Assembly (NCBI RefSeq): GCF_009914755.1 | Contig: NC_060927.1 | Source of the DNA: the human T2T-CHM13v2.0 reference genome, Homo sapiens | Reading direction: 5' to 3' (one strand) | Length of the DNA stretch: 64,000 nt | Part shown: one piece after another, positions 43,640-54,611 of the stretch | How the letters are laid out: each line of letters starts with the position of its first letter | How positions within the stretch are numbered: the first letter of the stretch is position 1 | Notes under the pieces: model-generated | The model's input: the letters and a program-made list of their open reading frames with translations, nothing else | What the model was told of the DNA's origin: nothing | The model's database searches: none | Translations under genes and position numbers: made by a program

Positions 43640-43830
43640 TGGGTTTAAAAAATTTTCCCCAAATTACCTCATTATCAGAATCATCTAGGATGCTTGTTAA
43701 AAACACAGATTCCTAAGGTCCCATCCCAAGCACACTGAATCAGATGCTCCCAGGAGGGTCCTGGGAATTCACAACAAGTCTTCAGGTGGTTCCAATAATC
43801 AGGTTAAATTTGGGAAGTAGTGGGTTAGTA
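43640..43830. mobile_element. MER5-family MITE
   Basis: 'atcagaatcatctaggatgcttgttaaaaacacagattcct...actgaatcaga'. Confidence 0.75.
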
Positions 43831-43948
43831 AAATGTCTCATCATAATACTCATTAGGTGGACTGTGTATAAACAGATTTCTGAGCCACAGAACCACTGGA
43901 TCAGAATATGCAGGGCCCCCAAGAGTGCCAGGAGGTGGTTATAGTCAG

Positions 43949-44339
43949 TGTCTTAGCTCGGGCTGCCATAGCAAAACACCATTGACTGGATGGCTTTAAA
44001 AGCAGACATTTATTTCTCACAGTTCACAGTTCTAAGTTCAAGATCAAGGTGCTGGCAAGGAAAGTTTCACTGAAGCCTTCTTCTCTTGGTTTGTAGGCAG
44101 CCACCATCTCCCTGTGTGCTCATGGGACCTCGTCTTGGTTCTCCCTGGGGACAGGCAGGTTTAGGTCTCTCTAGTGTCTCTTCTTAGAAGGGTACAACAC
44201 ATCATGATGGTCCTACCGTCGTGACCTCTTCTAACCCTAATTACCTTTCCAAAGGACCCATCTTCAAATATCCATTACACTGTGAGCTTCAACTTACGGA
44301 CTTGGGAAAAGGAGTGACGCAAACGTTCAGACCATTACA
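43949..44339 (-). mobile_element. MLT1A LTR inside a second MER5
   Basis: TG...CA; perfect 5-bp TSD GTCAG (43944-43948 / 44340-44344). Confidence 0.88.
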
Positions 44340-44596
44340 GTCAGATATTTTTTAAACCATGGGTTAGATAATGATTTAAATGAAGCTTCTTCCAAAATTC
44401 TTAGGTTACCTGGGAAATGACAGCACATTTCAACTACCATCAGGCATTTATTCATTAGGAAGGCCTAGTTTAACTGGTAAATAGTAAAACCCGAAACAAA
44501 TAGGTCACAGGGAAAATCATTTTTAAAGACGCATTCGAAGAGAATGAGGGATTCCACCTAAGGAGGCTGAGGTGGGATGAAACATGAGTGGTAGGG

Positions 44597-44740
44597 CAGC
44601 GCTTCCCCAACTTTAATGCACACCTGAATCACCTGTAGTCTGTTGTAAGCAGGTTCTGACTCAACAGGTCTGGGGTGGGGCCTGAGACTCTGCCTTTATC
44701 AGCTGCTGGTCCACAGATCACACTTTAAGTAAAGGGGTAA
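44597..44740. mobile_element. MER5A
   Basis: 'cagcgcttccccaactttaatgcacacctgaatcacctg...aggtctggggtggggcctgagactctgc'. Confidence 0.8.
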
Positions 44741-45099
44741 GGCTGGCAGTTCAAGTAGCTAGACTTCTACATCTGTGGGGTATGATACAAAAGACAGGCT
44801 TTTTCAATTTAAATTTTTTGCTTAGTCAACCATCTAATACCACTGCAGAAGGCTGACTTCCAAAATACCATCTAGAAGAAAAGAGTTTCAGAAATGCCAG
44901 TGCTGAGCTCTGTTGCTCTCAACTTTATTAAAAATAACTTCAAAAGCACATTAAGAGATTATACCAGAGGTTTCTAAAATATCTGACTTCACAGAGTCCT
45001 CACTGCCTCTGTAATCTTTTCACAATGGCGCAGTCCAAAAGAAATACCCAACTGTTCTGTTTATTAAGTAGTCAGGTCCATACAACTTACTGAGGGTTT

Positions 45100-45582
45100 T
45101 TTTGTCCTAACATCTTAGTAGCCATTTGAAAAAATTACACACATAAGCTGAAAGAAGAAAAAATTTCTTATTTTTTCCTTAAATATTAGGTTGGTGCAAA
45201 AGTAATTACGATTTGGCCATACTTTTAATGGCGAAAACCGCAATTACTTTTGCCCCAACCTAATAACTACGACTATCTATTGCAGTGTGTGAATCTATTG
45301 GGCACTGCACAACTTCTCAAATTTTGGAGTCCCCCTTGTTTCCCTTTGCACATTGCTTTTGGTGTGGTAATTGCTGCTTATCACAACAACTGTCAAGAAC
45401 CCAGCTTCAAAAATAGATGACGCTGTTGAAAGGAATGCAGTGTAATCTATTGAAGAAACTGTCAGCTCTCTTAGGCTAGTACTTTACGTGTTTTCCAACA
45501 AATATTGAATATCTCTGTCCTTTCCTGTAAAACAAATATTTCTAAGGCGCCCCAAGGTACCTTGGCTCTGTTTGGGAACTGT
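45100..45582. mobile_element. MER119-like hAT-Charlie element
   Basis: 'gggcactgcacaacttctcaaattttgga...gaaaggaatgcagtgtaatcta...ggcgccccaagg...gtttgggaac'. Confidence 0.7.
45186..45263. mobile_element. MADE1 nested in the MER119-like element
   Basis: 'ttaggttggtgcaaaagtaatt...aattacttttgccccaacctaa' with TA TSD. Confidence 0.95.
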
Positions 45583-46754
45583 AAGATCATACCCCTTACA
45601 AAGTACTAATGGTTACCAAAGGCAAAGTAAGAATTCTAAAAGAACATAGAAACTTTTGAAAATAATAGCTACAAAAAAAATACAACAAAATTCCTCTTAG
45701 ATTTATTATAGAGAAACTGGCTATTCTCTGGCTGATTAGAACAAAAGCATATCCTTCTTAATGTTAGGATTCTTAAAATAAAATGTTTATAATTTTTTGA
45801 AGGAAAATTATCTTTCTAATACTTTCCCAGTAATAATATATCACTTTTCATCAGAAAAAAAAGGATTAACATCTAATTATTATTGTTCTTTTATTTTCTT
45901 ACGTTCACCTTCTATTTCCTTGACATTAGACTTCAAATTAAATGTAAGGAACAATTCCGAACATTCAAGCCTCACAAAAAAAAGGAATCTTGATTGATTA
46001 GAAGTTTTACTTTATGTACCTACAATTTCCCAGTAGTCCTATTTCTCAATCAGAATTTGAATAATCTTTACAACTTGTATTCCCCCAAACTCAGATTTAA
46101 TGACTCAGTAGGTTCAGAAAGAGAAATAACAGCTGCAGCTCATCCCGCTGTGCTATTCAGTAATGACAATGTTATACCACATTAGCAATTGTGACATTAA
46201 TAAAAAGAAGCCCATAGGATTAACCAGAGACAGCTGACTTTAGTCAAATGTAGGTCAGGCTTTGTTTGCTCAGAAGCTGGTAATAAATTCCCAGGTAACT
46301 GCTCTCATGTGTCACACATATATGTCAGGAGCATAATTTCAGCCTCACTAAATGATTCACATTTTTAAGTTTCCGTAAGCCATTTTTGAATTATTGTTAA
46401 GCATTTAATTCCGCCATCAGGCCTATAGGCTCCTTAAAATTATTAACTTATGTGACATTACAGCATGTTTTTCCTTCAGGCAACACTTAAAAACACCTTG
46501 GAGGGTTTCATGTTCACCTTCCAGATACTGAAGTTCTTACTAGCAGAGGCTCAGGGGTCACCCCTAATTTACAGCATAGTTACAGAGGAAATGGTATTGA
46601 TGGCTAAGAAAGCCACCTGTCATCACAAAGTTCTCATTGTCAGGAAATATCATTGAAAGCTTAACATGAGTATTGCATTCTTAATCAATTCTTATGGTGG
46701 GCTATATACAAACAAGAAGTCCATAACCATTCTCTAAAATATATTGAAAAATAT

Positions 46755-47320
46755 AAACACTTTGGAAAACAGTTTAGCACTTTCTTTAAAAGTTAAACAT
46801 ACACCTGCCATGTGATCTAGCCATTGCTTTCCTAGGTACTTGTCTAAAACAATGGAACCATATGTCAACAAAAAGACCTGCACAAAAATATTCATAGCAA
46901 CACAGCATGGCTCACAACTGGAAACAACCCAAATCCACAGGAGAACGGCTAAACAGTGGCATATTTATACACCAGAACACCACTCAGCAATAAAAAGACA
47001 AGAGCCATAGATCCATGCAAGAATCACGGACAAATCTCTAAAACATTATGTTCAGTGAAAGTAGCTAGATGTAAAACAGTACATATTGTGTCATTCAATT
47101 TATGTGAAATTCTAGAAGTCAAAAACAATCTATGGTGATACAAATCGGAGTGGGGCAGGGATAGACTGCTGGGAGAACAAGAGCACTTTCTGGGGTGTTC
47201 TATATCTTGTTGGGGTGATGTTATGTTCATGCATATATTTGTCAGACTCATCAAGCTGTGCATTTAAGATCTGTGCATTAAGATCGGCATCTAAATTATA
47301 CCTCGATGAATAAAATATAT
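46755..47320 (+). mobile_element. L1MB/ME 3' fragment
   Basis: 'cactttggaaaacagtttagcactttctttaaaagttaaacatacacctgccatgtgatctagc'. Confidence 0.8.
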
Positions 47321-47739
47321 GTGAGTGCTCTGTAAGCTCTTCAATTTTATACTTAAACTTTATTAAGTCAACTACTTTTGTTAAATGCTTATGTAACTGT
47401 AAAACATTATGAAGTCTTTTAAACATCAACAAAAAGAGATGTCACCTGAAAGATACTAACTCAATATTACCCAAGTAAGGATAATAAGCAGCATATTTAA
47501 TGAGTTAAATAAATGGATAATTTTAATTGATTTACATTTTAATTCCTTTTACATGCAAATGGCATAATTTGAAAGCTCTGTTTGTACCTTAGAAAAATAT
47601 CAATGGGCATAATCGCAATTAAGTACTTAAAGCTAATTTATATTAATGTAGAGAAGCAGCTGCAAGATGAGCCAAAAACAGTAAATGATATAAAAATAAT
47701 TTGAATGTCTAATATTTACCAGAGTTAGTGACTCTTCTG

Positions 47740-48250
47740 TCCAAACTTTGCCATTGCCACCACTATGATTCAGACTCCTGCTACCATTTTTTTTTAAGTG
47801 GAGCAGATTCCTAATTTGCTTTCCTAATTTGACTGCCTTACCCCTTTTAAAGACATCATATTAATCTTAAAGCACAGCCTAAGCATTTCATGCCATTCAT
47901 CACAATTACAGTCAGGGTCAGCTCCCTAGTCTGGCATTCAAAGCGCAGTTTTGGTCTGACTACAATCTCTCCCTGGTGGCACCTACTCTCATGGCCGCTT
48001 TTTCCCAGCCTCCCACTAATCCATAGATCTCTATACTGAGGCAGCTAGATGGCTCACCTGTTCCTACCCCTCACCCGTTCCGGCTTCTGCTCATGTGCCT
48101 CTCCATTTGAACTTTATAGCATATCCAATTCATCCCGGTTTCCAAGATCCACTTTTGTTATCACCTCCTTGTCAAGGAAATTCACCATTTTCCTTACTCA
48201 GAGTAATCTTTCTCTCTTAGAAACACTCATCACATTGTATGCCCAGTTCT
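47740..48250 (+). mobile_element. L2 fragment
   Basis: 'agctccctagtctggcattcaaagc...tctgctcatgtgcctctcc'. Confidence 0.55.
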
Positions 48251-48279
48251 CTTATCACCACTGTCAATCTTATATTGTG

Positions 48280-48510
48280 AAATGGTTTGGATTCCAACTC
48301 CAGAAAGAAACACGTAGCTTGAAAGCTTAGTTCCTCAGCTGTCAGAATTTAGGCACGTTGCTTCATCTCTCTATGTTTCTGTTTCTTCATCTGTTAAAAA
48401 GTAAAATAAAAATAGTATCTCTCTTTTATGATTGTTATAAGCATGAAATTAGATAATGTACATAAAGTGCTTAGTCTGACACACATTTTAAATCCTCAAT
48501 AATATTTACC
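48280..48510 (+). mobile_element. MIR
   Basis: 'catctctctatgtttctgtttcttcatctgttaaaa...agataatgtacataaagtgcttag'. Confidence 0.8.
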
Positions 48511-48769
48511 CCAAAACTTGCTAGCTAAAAGAGAATAAATTCTCCAAATGGATGAATTATATACTAAGAATTGAGGGAACTTGTAAATGGAAAACATTTT
48601 GAGGAATATCAAAAGAAACCAGAAGGTTGGAGGTGGATAACTTTTGCTGCTGTTTTCAAAATAGGACGTAAGTTTGGTTTTAGAAGCTGCAAAATGGTGA
48701 AACTGATGTTAATTTGAGGCAGGAAAAGTCTGGGTAAAAGGGAAAACAAAAAAACAAAAAAGGAGAAGT

Positions 48770-49310
48770 AGTCCAGGTACTGAAGAGAAATAAAAACACA
48801 TGTCCACACCAAGACTTGTACATGAATATTCATAGCAGCTTTATTCATTATAACAAAAAAAAACTGAAACAAATGTCCACCAACAGGAAAGGGATAAACA
48901 AAATGTGTTATATCCCTACAACAGTATACCCCTCAGCAGTACAAAGGAACATACAACTGACAGAGCCACAACACGGGTGAATCTCAAAATCATTGTACTG
49001 AGTAAAGGAAGCCAAACACAAAAAAGTACAGCGTGCATAATTCCACTTATATGAAAGTCTAGAAAATGCAACTAACCTATAATGACAGAAAGGAGATCAG
49101 TGGTTGGCTGGGGCATGGGGATGGAGGGAAGGAATAACTGGAAAGAAGAGGAGAAAATCGTGGAAGATGATAGAATGTTCTGTGTTTGTGGTGCAGTGTG
49201 GTTTCAAGGATATACACATAATTCTGTCAAAACTCATCAAAGTTGTATTCTTCAAATGGGTGTGATTTGCACCATTTTTTTTAAGTCAGTAAGAACCTAA
49301 AAAATAAAGT
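48770..49310 (+). mobile_element. L1MB/MC 3' fragment
   Basis: 'agagaaataaaaacacatgtccacaccaagacttgtacatgaatattcatagcagctttattcat'. Confidence 0.82.
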
Positions 49311-49419
49311 AGTACTGATTGGGGCACAGTATATTTTCATTAAGAAAATGTTACATTTGTTTGACAGTTTTTCCTTCTTCAACCAGGCTCCTGGAACACA
49401 ATATCTACGAAATGAGTAG

Positions 49420-51740
49420 ATGCAAAGTATCTGAATCTCAGCAGGATATTTGAAGACATTTGTAATGATATGCTGTTGGATCTAATGAAATGTTATGGCC
49501 TGGGTGCAGGGACAATGAAAGAATTGAGTCAAGAATCCCCTGTCATCCTAGAAGATTTCTAGTGGCAGGTCACAGGGTTCTGCACCTAGCCTGTTTAAGC
49601 CTTTTATCAATTACTTGTCTGAACACCTAAGGGCACAGCCATTGCTTTGTGTTGGCTAAACATTGGTATGTTGGATGACAGATTAGGATCTAAATCATCT
49701 TGATAGGCTATAGCAGTAATTTAGGCATAATAGGGTAAAACTTTACAAGGACAACTATTAAATAGACAAATTGAATCTAAAATTTAGCTTTCCAAGTACA
49801 AGATAGAGGAACCATGCCATACCAGCAGGACATTAGAAAAGTCAGCCTTAGGGTCATAATCATCAATAAGCTCAGTGTCAACCAACAGTGAAATATAACT
49901 CTTAAAGAAGTTAACTTGACCTTGGGTTGCATCGAAAAACACATAAGCTTTAACAGGAAGAAGATGGAAATCATGTTTTATTCTCCATAATAAGCTTACA
50001 TTTAAAAATATGTCATGAAGTTTTTGGTGAGATGCTTATTGGCGGGGGGAAGATTAGAATTATATCAGAGGGAAAAAAATGTTATGTTTTTAATCTATGA
50101 GTTCCTTAAGGACAGGATCCATATTTTAGTCATCTAAGTATCACTAGCACCTGTCTCAATTCCTGCCATGACTATAATTATTGTTTAGAAAGTAAATGAT
50201 GTTTATATATTGATAAGACTTGAATTGTTGTCACATAAGTAGTGGGAAAGTAACAAGGAATTTTTAGCCTAGGCAATAAAAAAGACTGAAGAAGGGGGAA
50301 TGAGGGGTGAATCAAGGTGGACAGCACAAAATGTGCCTATGGTAACTGCAGTGAATTATAGATGGCTGAAAATCTTTGTCACTTCCCTCCATTAGGAAGT
50401 GGAATTATTTGTCCAGCCCTAGAATCTGGGCTGAATCTGTGACCACTTTGACCAAAAGAATGAAGAGAAAGTGATACTGTAATAGTACCAGGTCCAGTCT
50501 TTAAGAAGACTGACAACTTTCACTTGCTTTTTCTTCCACCATGCTAGAAGGAAGCCCAAGCAGCTACAAGGATAGGTCTACATGTGGCAGAATTAAGGCA
50601 CCCAGCCAGCAAGTGAGGCTGAGTTCCCTGCCAATAGGTAGCATAGACTTGCCAGCCCATGTAAATGAGCCACTTGCAGTAGAGCCTTAACTCCTCAAGC
50701 CACCCCGCCTGATGCCATATGAAGTAAAAATGAGCTTTCCCCACTGGGCTTTTGCAAAATCACTAGCAAATAAGATATAGTTGTTGTGTTAAGCCACTGA
50801 GTGTTGAGGTGGTTTGTTATGCAGCAAGAAATAGTTGAAACAGTAACCATATTCAAATATATTAAAAGCTATCATATGCATGGTCCCATGGGTTATAATT
50901 ATAACCAATATGCAGAATTAATACTGATATCCATAACTTGAAACGTTTCACTGAGAAGCAGGTTGGAACCTTAAAGATAAGACCCGACAGAGAAGAAAGT
51001 GCCAAAGTTGTAGAGCTCATTTGGCATTAGAACTCGCCTCAAGGAAGTAAGCTCAGGTTCATTTTCAGATGACATCAGTTCCCAAGGGTTTCATCTGCTG
51101 GGCATTGTAGTGCCGGGGGAAGACCATTCAGGTTGAATAAGATCCTATCGATCCAATGTCTGGAGAGAGCAGATCAGCATAAGGCTAGAAGGCTTTCAAG
51201 ACCCCAGTTAAGATGAGATTCAGAATGGATATCAATCCAAGAGGGATCCTGGAGTAACCACCCAAAACCAGAGAAAGCAAAGGTACAAGGATTATGCACC
51301 CAGAGTGTGGGTTTAAATGGTATAGTTTGGAATGAGGGCACACCTTAGACCTACCACACATCAGATATGTCAGATATGGTCTTGATTCTGTGATCTGATG
51401 GGAATGCAAATCCTAAGGTGCCATCAAGTTAGTTTAGGATTGGCTCAGAAACCAGCCAATTGAAGAACTGGCTAGGAAACTAGAGTGGGCAAGTAGGCAA
51501 TGGGTGCCTCTTCAGTATCTTTGGCTGGGGGGCTAAGATAAGAGTCTTCTGAGAGGAGCTAGAGGAAAGCAGGTTTTAGTTTAACACAAGGAAGAACTTT
51601 CTTAGAGGGGGTGTATTCCTATGATTGCAAAAAACTGAATTATCACCTGCCAGGAGATCTACAGAGAAGATGCATACATCTAATAAGAATGATATCAAAT
51701 AACTTTTTAATGCCCTTCCAACCCGAGATTTCCTAACACA
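49420..51740 (+). mobile_element. CR1/L3 LINE relic in several pieces (RT region to 3' end)
   Basis: 'tctagtggcaggtcacagggttctgcacctagcctgtttaagccttttatcaattacttg' resembles CR1 RT SGVPQGSVLGP/LFNIFINDL; 3' end 'aaggaagaactttcttaga...tgcccttccaacccgagattt'. Confidence 0.65.
50345..50842 (+). mobile_element. MLT1G/H-like LTR
   Basis: 'gctagaaggaagcccaagcagctac...aagccactgagtgttgaggtggtttgttatgcagcaagaaatagttgaaaca'. Confidence 0.8.
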
Positions 51741-53789
51741 TACATAATGTGAGGGCAAACTGCTTGCACAGAGCACATAGGTGCTCAACAAGGAGTGGAT
51801 GGATAGACAGAGAGATGGACAGACAACTGGATGGGTAAACTTAAGGATGAATAATGCAGTCTGACATTTTCAAATACTCAGCACCTCCCATCCACAGACA
51901 CATTAGCCACAGGAAATAAACTGGACCTCAGAAAAAAAGAAATTAAAATGTATTTGTACCTCTAAGAGTCTTCCAAACACTTAGTATCTTGGAGTACCCA
52001 AATATATGCTGCATTTTTATGCTTATGAAAGCAATTTCTTAAGAAAATTAGAATTTCATGTGAAAATGTCTTAGTTTGTTCTGACTGGTTGACTCTGAGC
52101 AAGGGTCACTGTGGACCTGTATTCACTGGAATTTGGTACATTCAGCACAGCTCAGCTTTAACAGTCAGGAACCCAAGCTCCAGGTACAAAAGACAGCCTT
52201 GAGCAACAGAGAAGCAGTGACCAGCCAGGGTCCACGTGTTCTATTATCTCTTCTCCCAGCAGATTTCTCATGCCACATTGTGCTTTATATGCCTTGTACC
52301 TATTTTTTAACCTTTGCTCTTGTCACACACTCCCTGGTATGAGACATTTCTGCAGGTCTCTGATGTAGAGTATATACTCTCCTCTAAATAACATGGCCAA
52401 GGTTTTAGGCAAATAAATGTCTAACACCTTCATACACAAAGAATATCTTGTTCTTTAAGACAGAGGGTAAAGCTCTATGTTCTAGGGAGTGGTTAACAAA
52501 TTATTTGAACCACAATCCACACTCAAAAAACATTTTACAACCTAACACAGAGGATACATATAAAATAATATTTACCTCACAATGTGCCATGCATTCCAAT
52601 ATTTTCTATTTCATTTTTCAAGCTGCCAGTGAGAACCCACTAATATGAATTTATGACACACAATACATGGGACTAATGGTCTAAAAGGCACAGCTTAAGG
52701 GACAATTATCAAGTAGTATTTACAGGGAGTGTAGCAGTGAACCAAGTGCCCCCAAACTATGCTAACATTAGAAAGTTCTGAGCCCTCAAAACCTATAAAT
52801 AATGTTGCCATTTTCTAAGAATGAAGCTAATAAGAGTTAATACATAATGGATGAGATTAGCTAAATGTAGAAATTAATTCAAGAAAAATGTGGGCTGCAG
52901 GGATTTGAAAATACTCTCAAGTCCAATCAAGGCATCCAGGATGAACAGTGTGACAGTAGTCTTACTAGATTATAATTCTAACATGAGAATTTTATATTAA
53001 AATAGACAGTTTTATTTTGCCTTGCCTGAATAAATCCTGTTAGTAGTAGGAACTGAATGCATTGGGGTGGGCTGACTTCCTTGTAAGCGGGAAGTCAAAA
53101 GACAAGGATTTTTTAGTAGGTTCCTCCATCCAGGGAAAAGACTACTGCAGCCCCTAAATGCAAATATCCAGTCAGCTTGGCAGCTGGGGGCCAGGAGGAA
53201 GGTGGAGCCTCCAATTCTCATGGCTCAACGACACTTGCTCTCTCTCTCTTCATCGAGATCTACTAAACAATTTTTGATTTAAACACTGGTTTCCCACTCA
53301 TGTTTTCCTAAAGAGGTAGGAACACACTAATCAGCTAATAGAAATTTCTTATCTGCTTGCCAGTTATACTTTTCATTGTCAATGAACAGACTGAGATCTC
53401 GATTAATATACATCAGTCTTGTGGGTTTGGTTACATGATCATTTCTACACTGAATGAAATGTCAAGGTTGTGGAAAGCAAAGAACCCAGCCTAGAATAGG
53501 GCAGCACTTCTAGGATGATGGCACTCAAGAGAGCCTGCCTGGGCATCCTGCCAGCCTGTCTCAAAGCAATCCCTCTTGCAACTCTATCACTTGACCCATA
53601 ACAAGTTATTCAGAGGTTAATAAATGACAAACCAAATAAAAATATATTGGTTTCAAAGAGAAAAGCATTGACTTAGCATTTCTTCCAGCCAGCTAGAGTG
53701 AAGGAATATTATTGAAACCCAGTCAACTTTGCTTTCACACACCAGAGTTGGCTATGGTCTAATCTTTCACAGACTGGGGTTAATGTTTT

Positions 53790-54105
53790 CAGTTTTTTGT
53801 TTGGTTGGCTGCTTTGTTTTTGAGATAAGGTCTTGCTCTGTCACCCAGGCTGAAGTGCAGTAGGACAATCACTGCTCACTATAGCCTTGACCTCCCAGGC
53901 TCAAGCAATCTTCCCATCCAGCTCTCAAGTAGCTGGAACTTCAGGTGGGTGCCACCACGCCCAGCTATTTTCTTTATTTTTTGTAGAGACATGTTATTTT
54001 TTTGTAGAGATATGTTGCAGGGGCAGGTTTTGAACTCCTGGGCTCAAATGGCTCTCTAGGCTTGTGGAAGTGCTGGGATTACAGGTTTTGAGTCACTGCA
54101 GCCAG
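53790..54105 (-). mobile_element. AluJ
   Basis: Diverged antisense Alu with small internal duplication 'ttttttgtagaga'. Confidence 0.9.
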
Positions 54106-54204
54106 CAGGTTAATAAAACAATTTGTGTCACAGAGTCTGATGGCCGTATCACAATTTAATATTTCCAGTCACCTACTGGGTCTGGATTTTCATTGCTTCT
54201 CAAC

Positions 54205-54605
54205 GCCATTCATTGATGCCACACATATTTCATGAGCACCCAGATTCAGTAGTCACAAAACAGAAAAGAGCTCTATCCTCAAGGAGTTCAAAGTCTGGAA
54301 CAGAAGGATGAATTGTTATAAATCAGTGTAAGAAATGGTGTTATATTCAATATAAAGTCGTGGCATCAAGTAGGATGGACTCAACTCGAAGAAGGGAGAT
54401 GAAAGATTTCACAGGGAAGATATTTCAGGTGGGTTATGGGGGAAATAAAAGTTTACGAAGCAGACCAGCCAAGAGCAATCATTGCGGAAAGAGAGCACGC
54501 GGGGGAGTTAGGCTGTATGAGGAGTTTGGACTGGAATGGTCATGGTAACTACCATGAGTTTAAAAGGGACACTTTTGTTATTGAAGATTTGGTGTCTTTT
54601 CAAGA
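54205..54605 (-). mobile_element. L2 fragment upstream of the retrocopy
   Basis: 'cattcattga...ctctatcctcaaggagttcaaagtctgg'. Confidence 0.6.
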
Positions 54606-54611
54606 AGAGAT

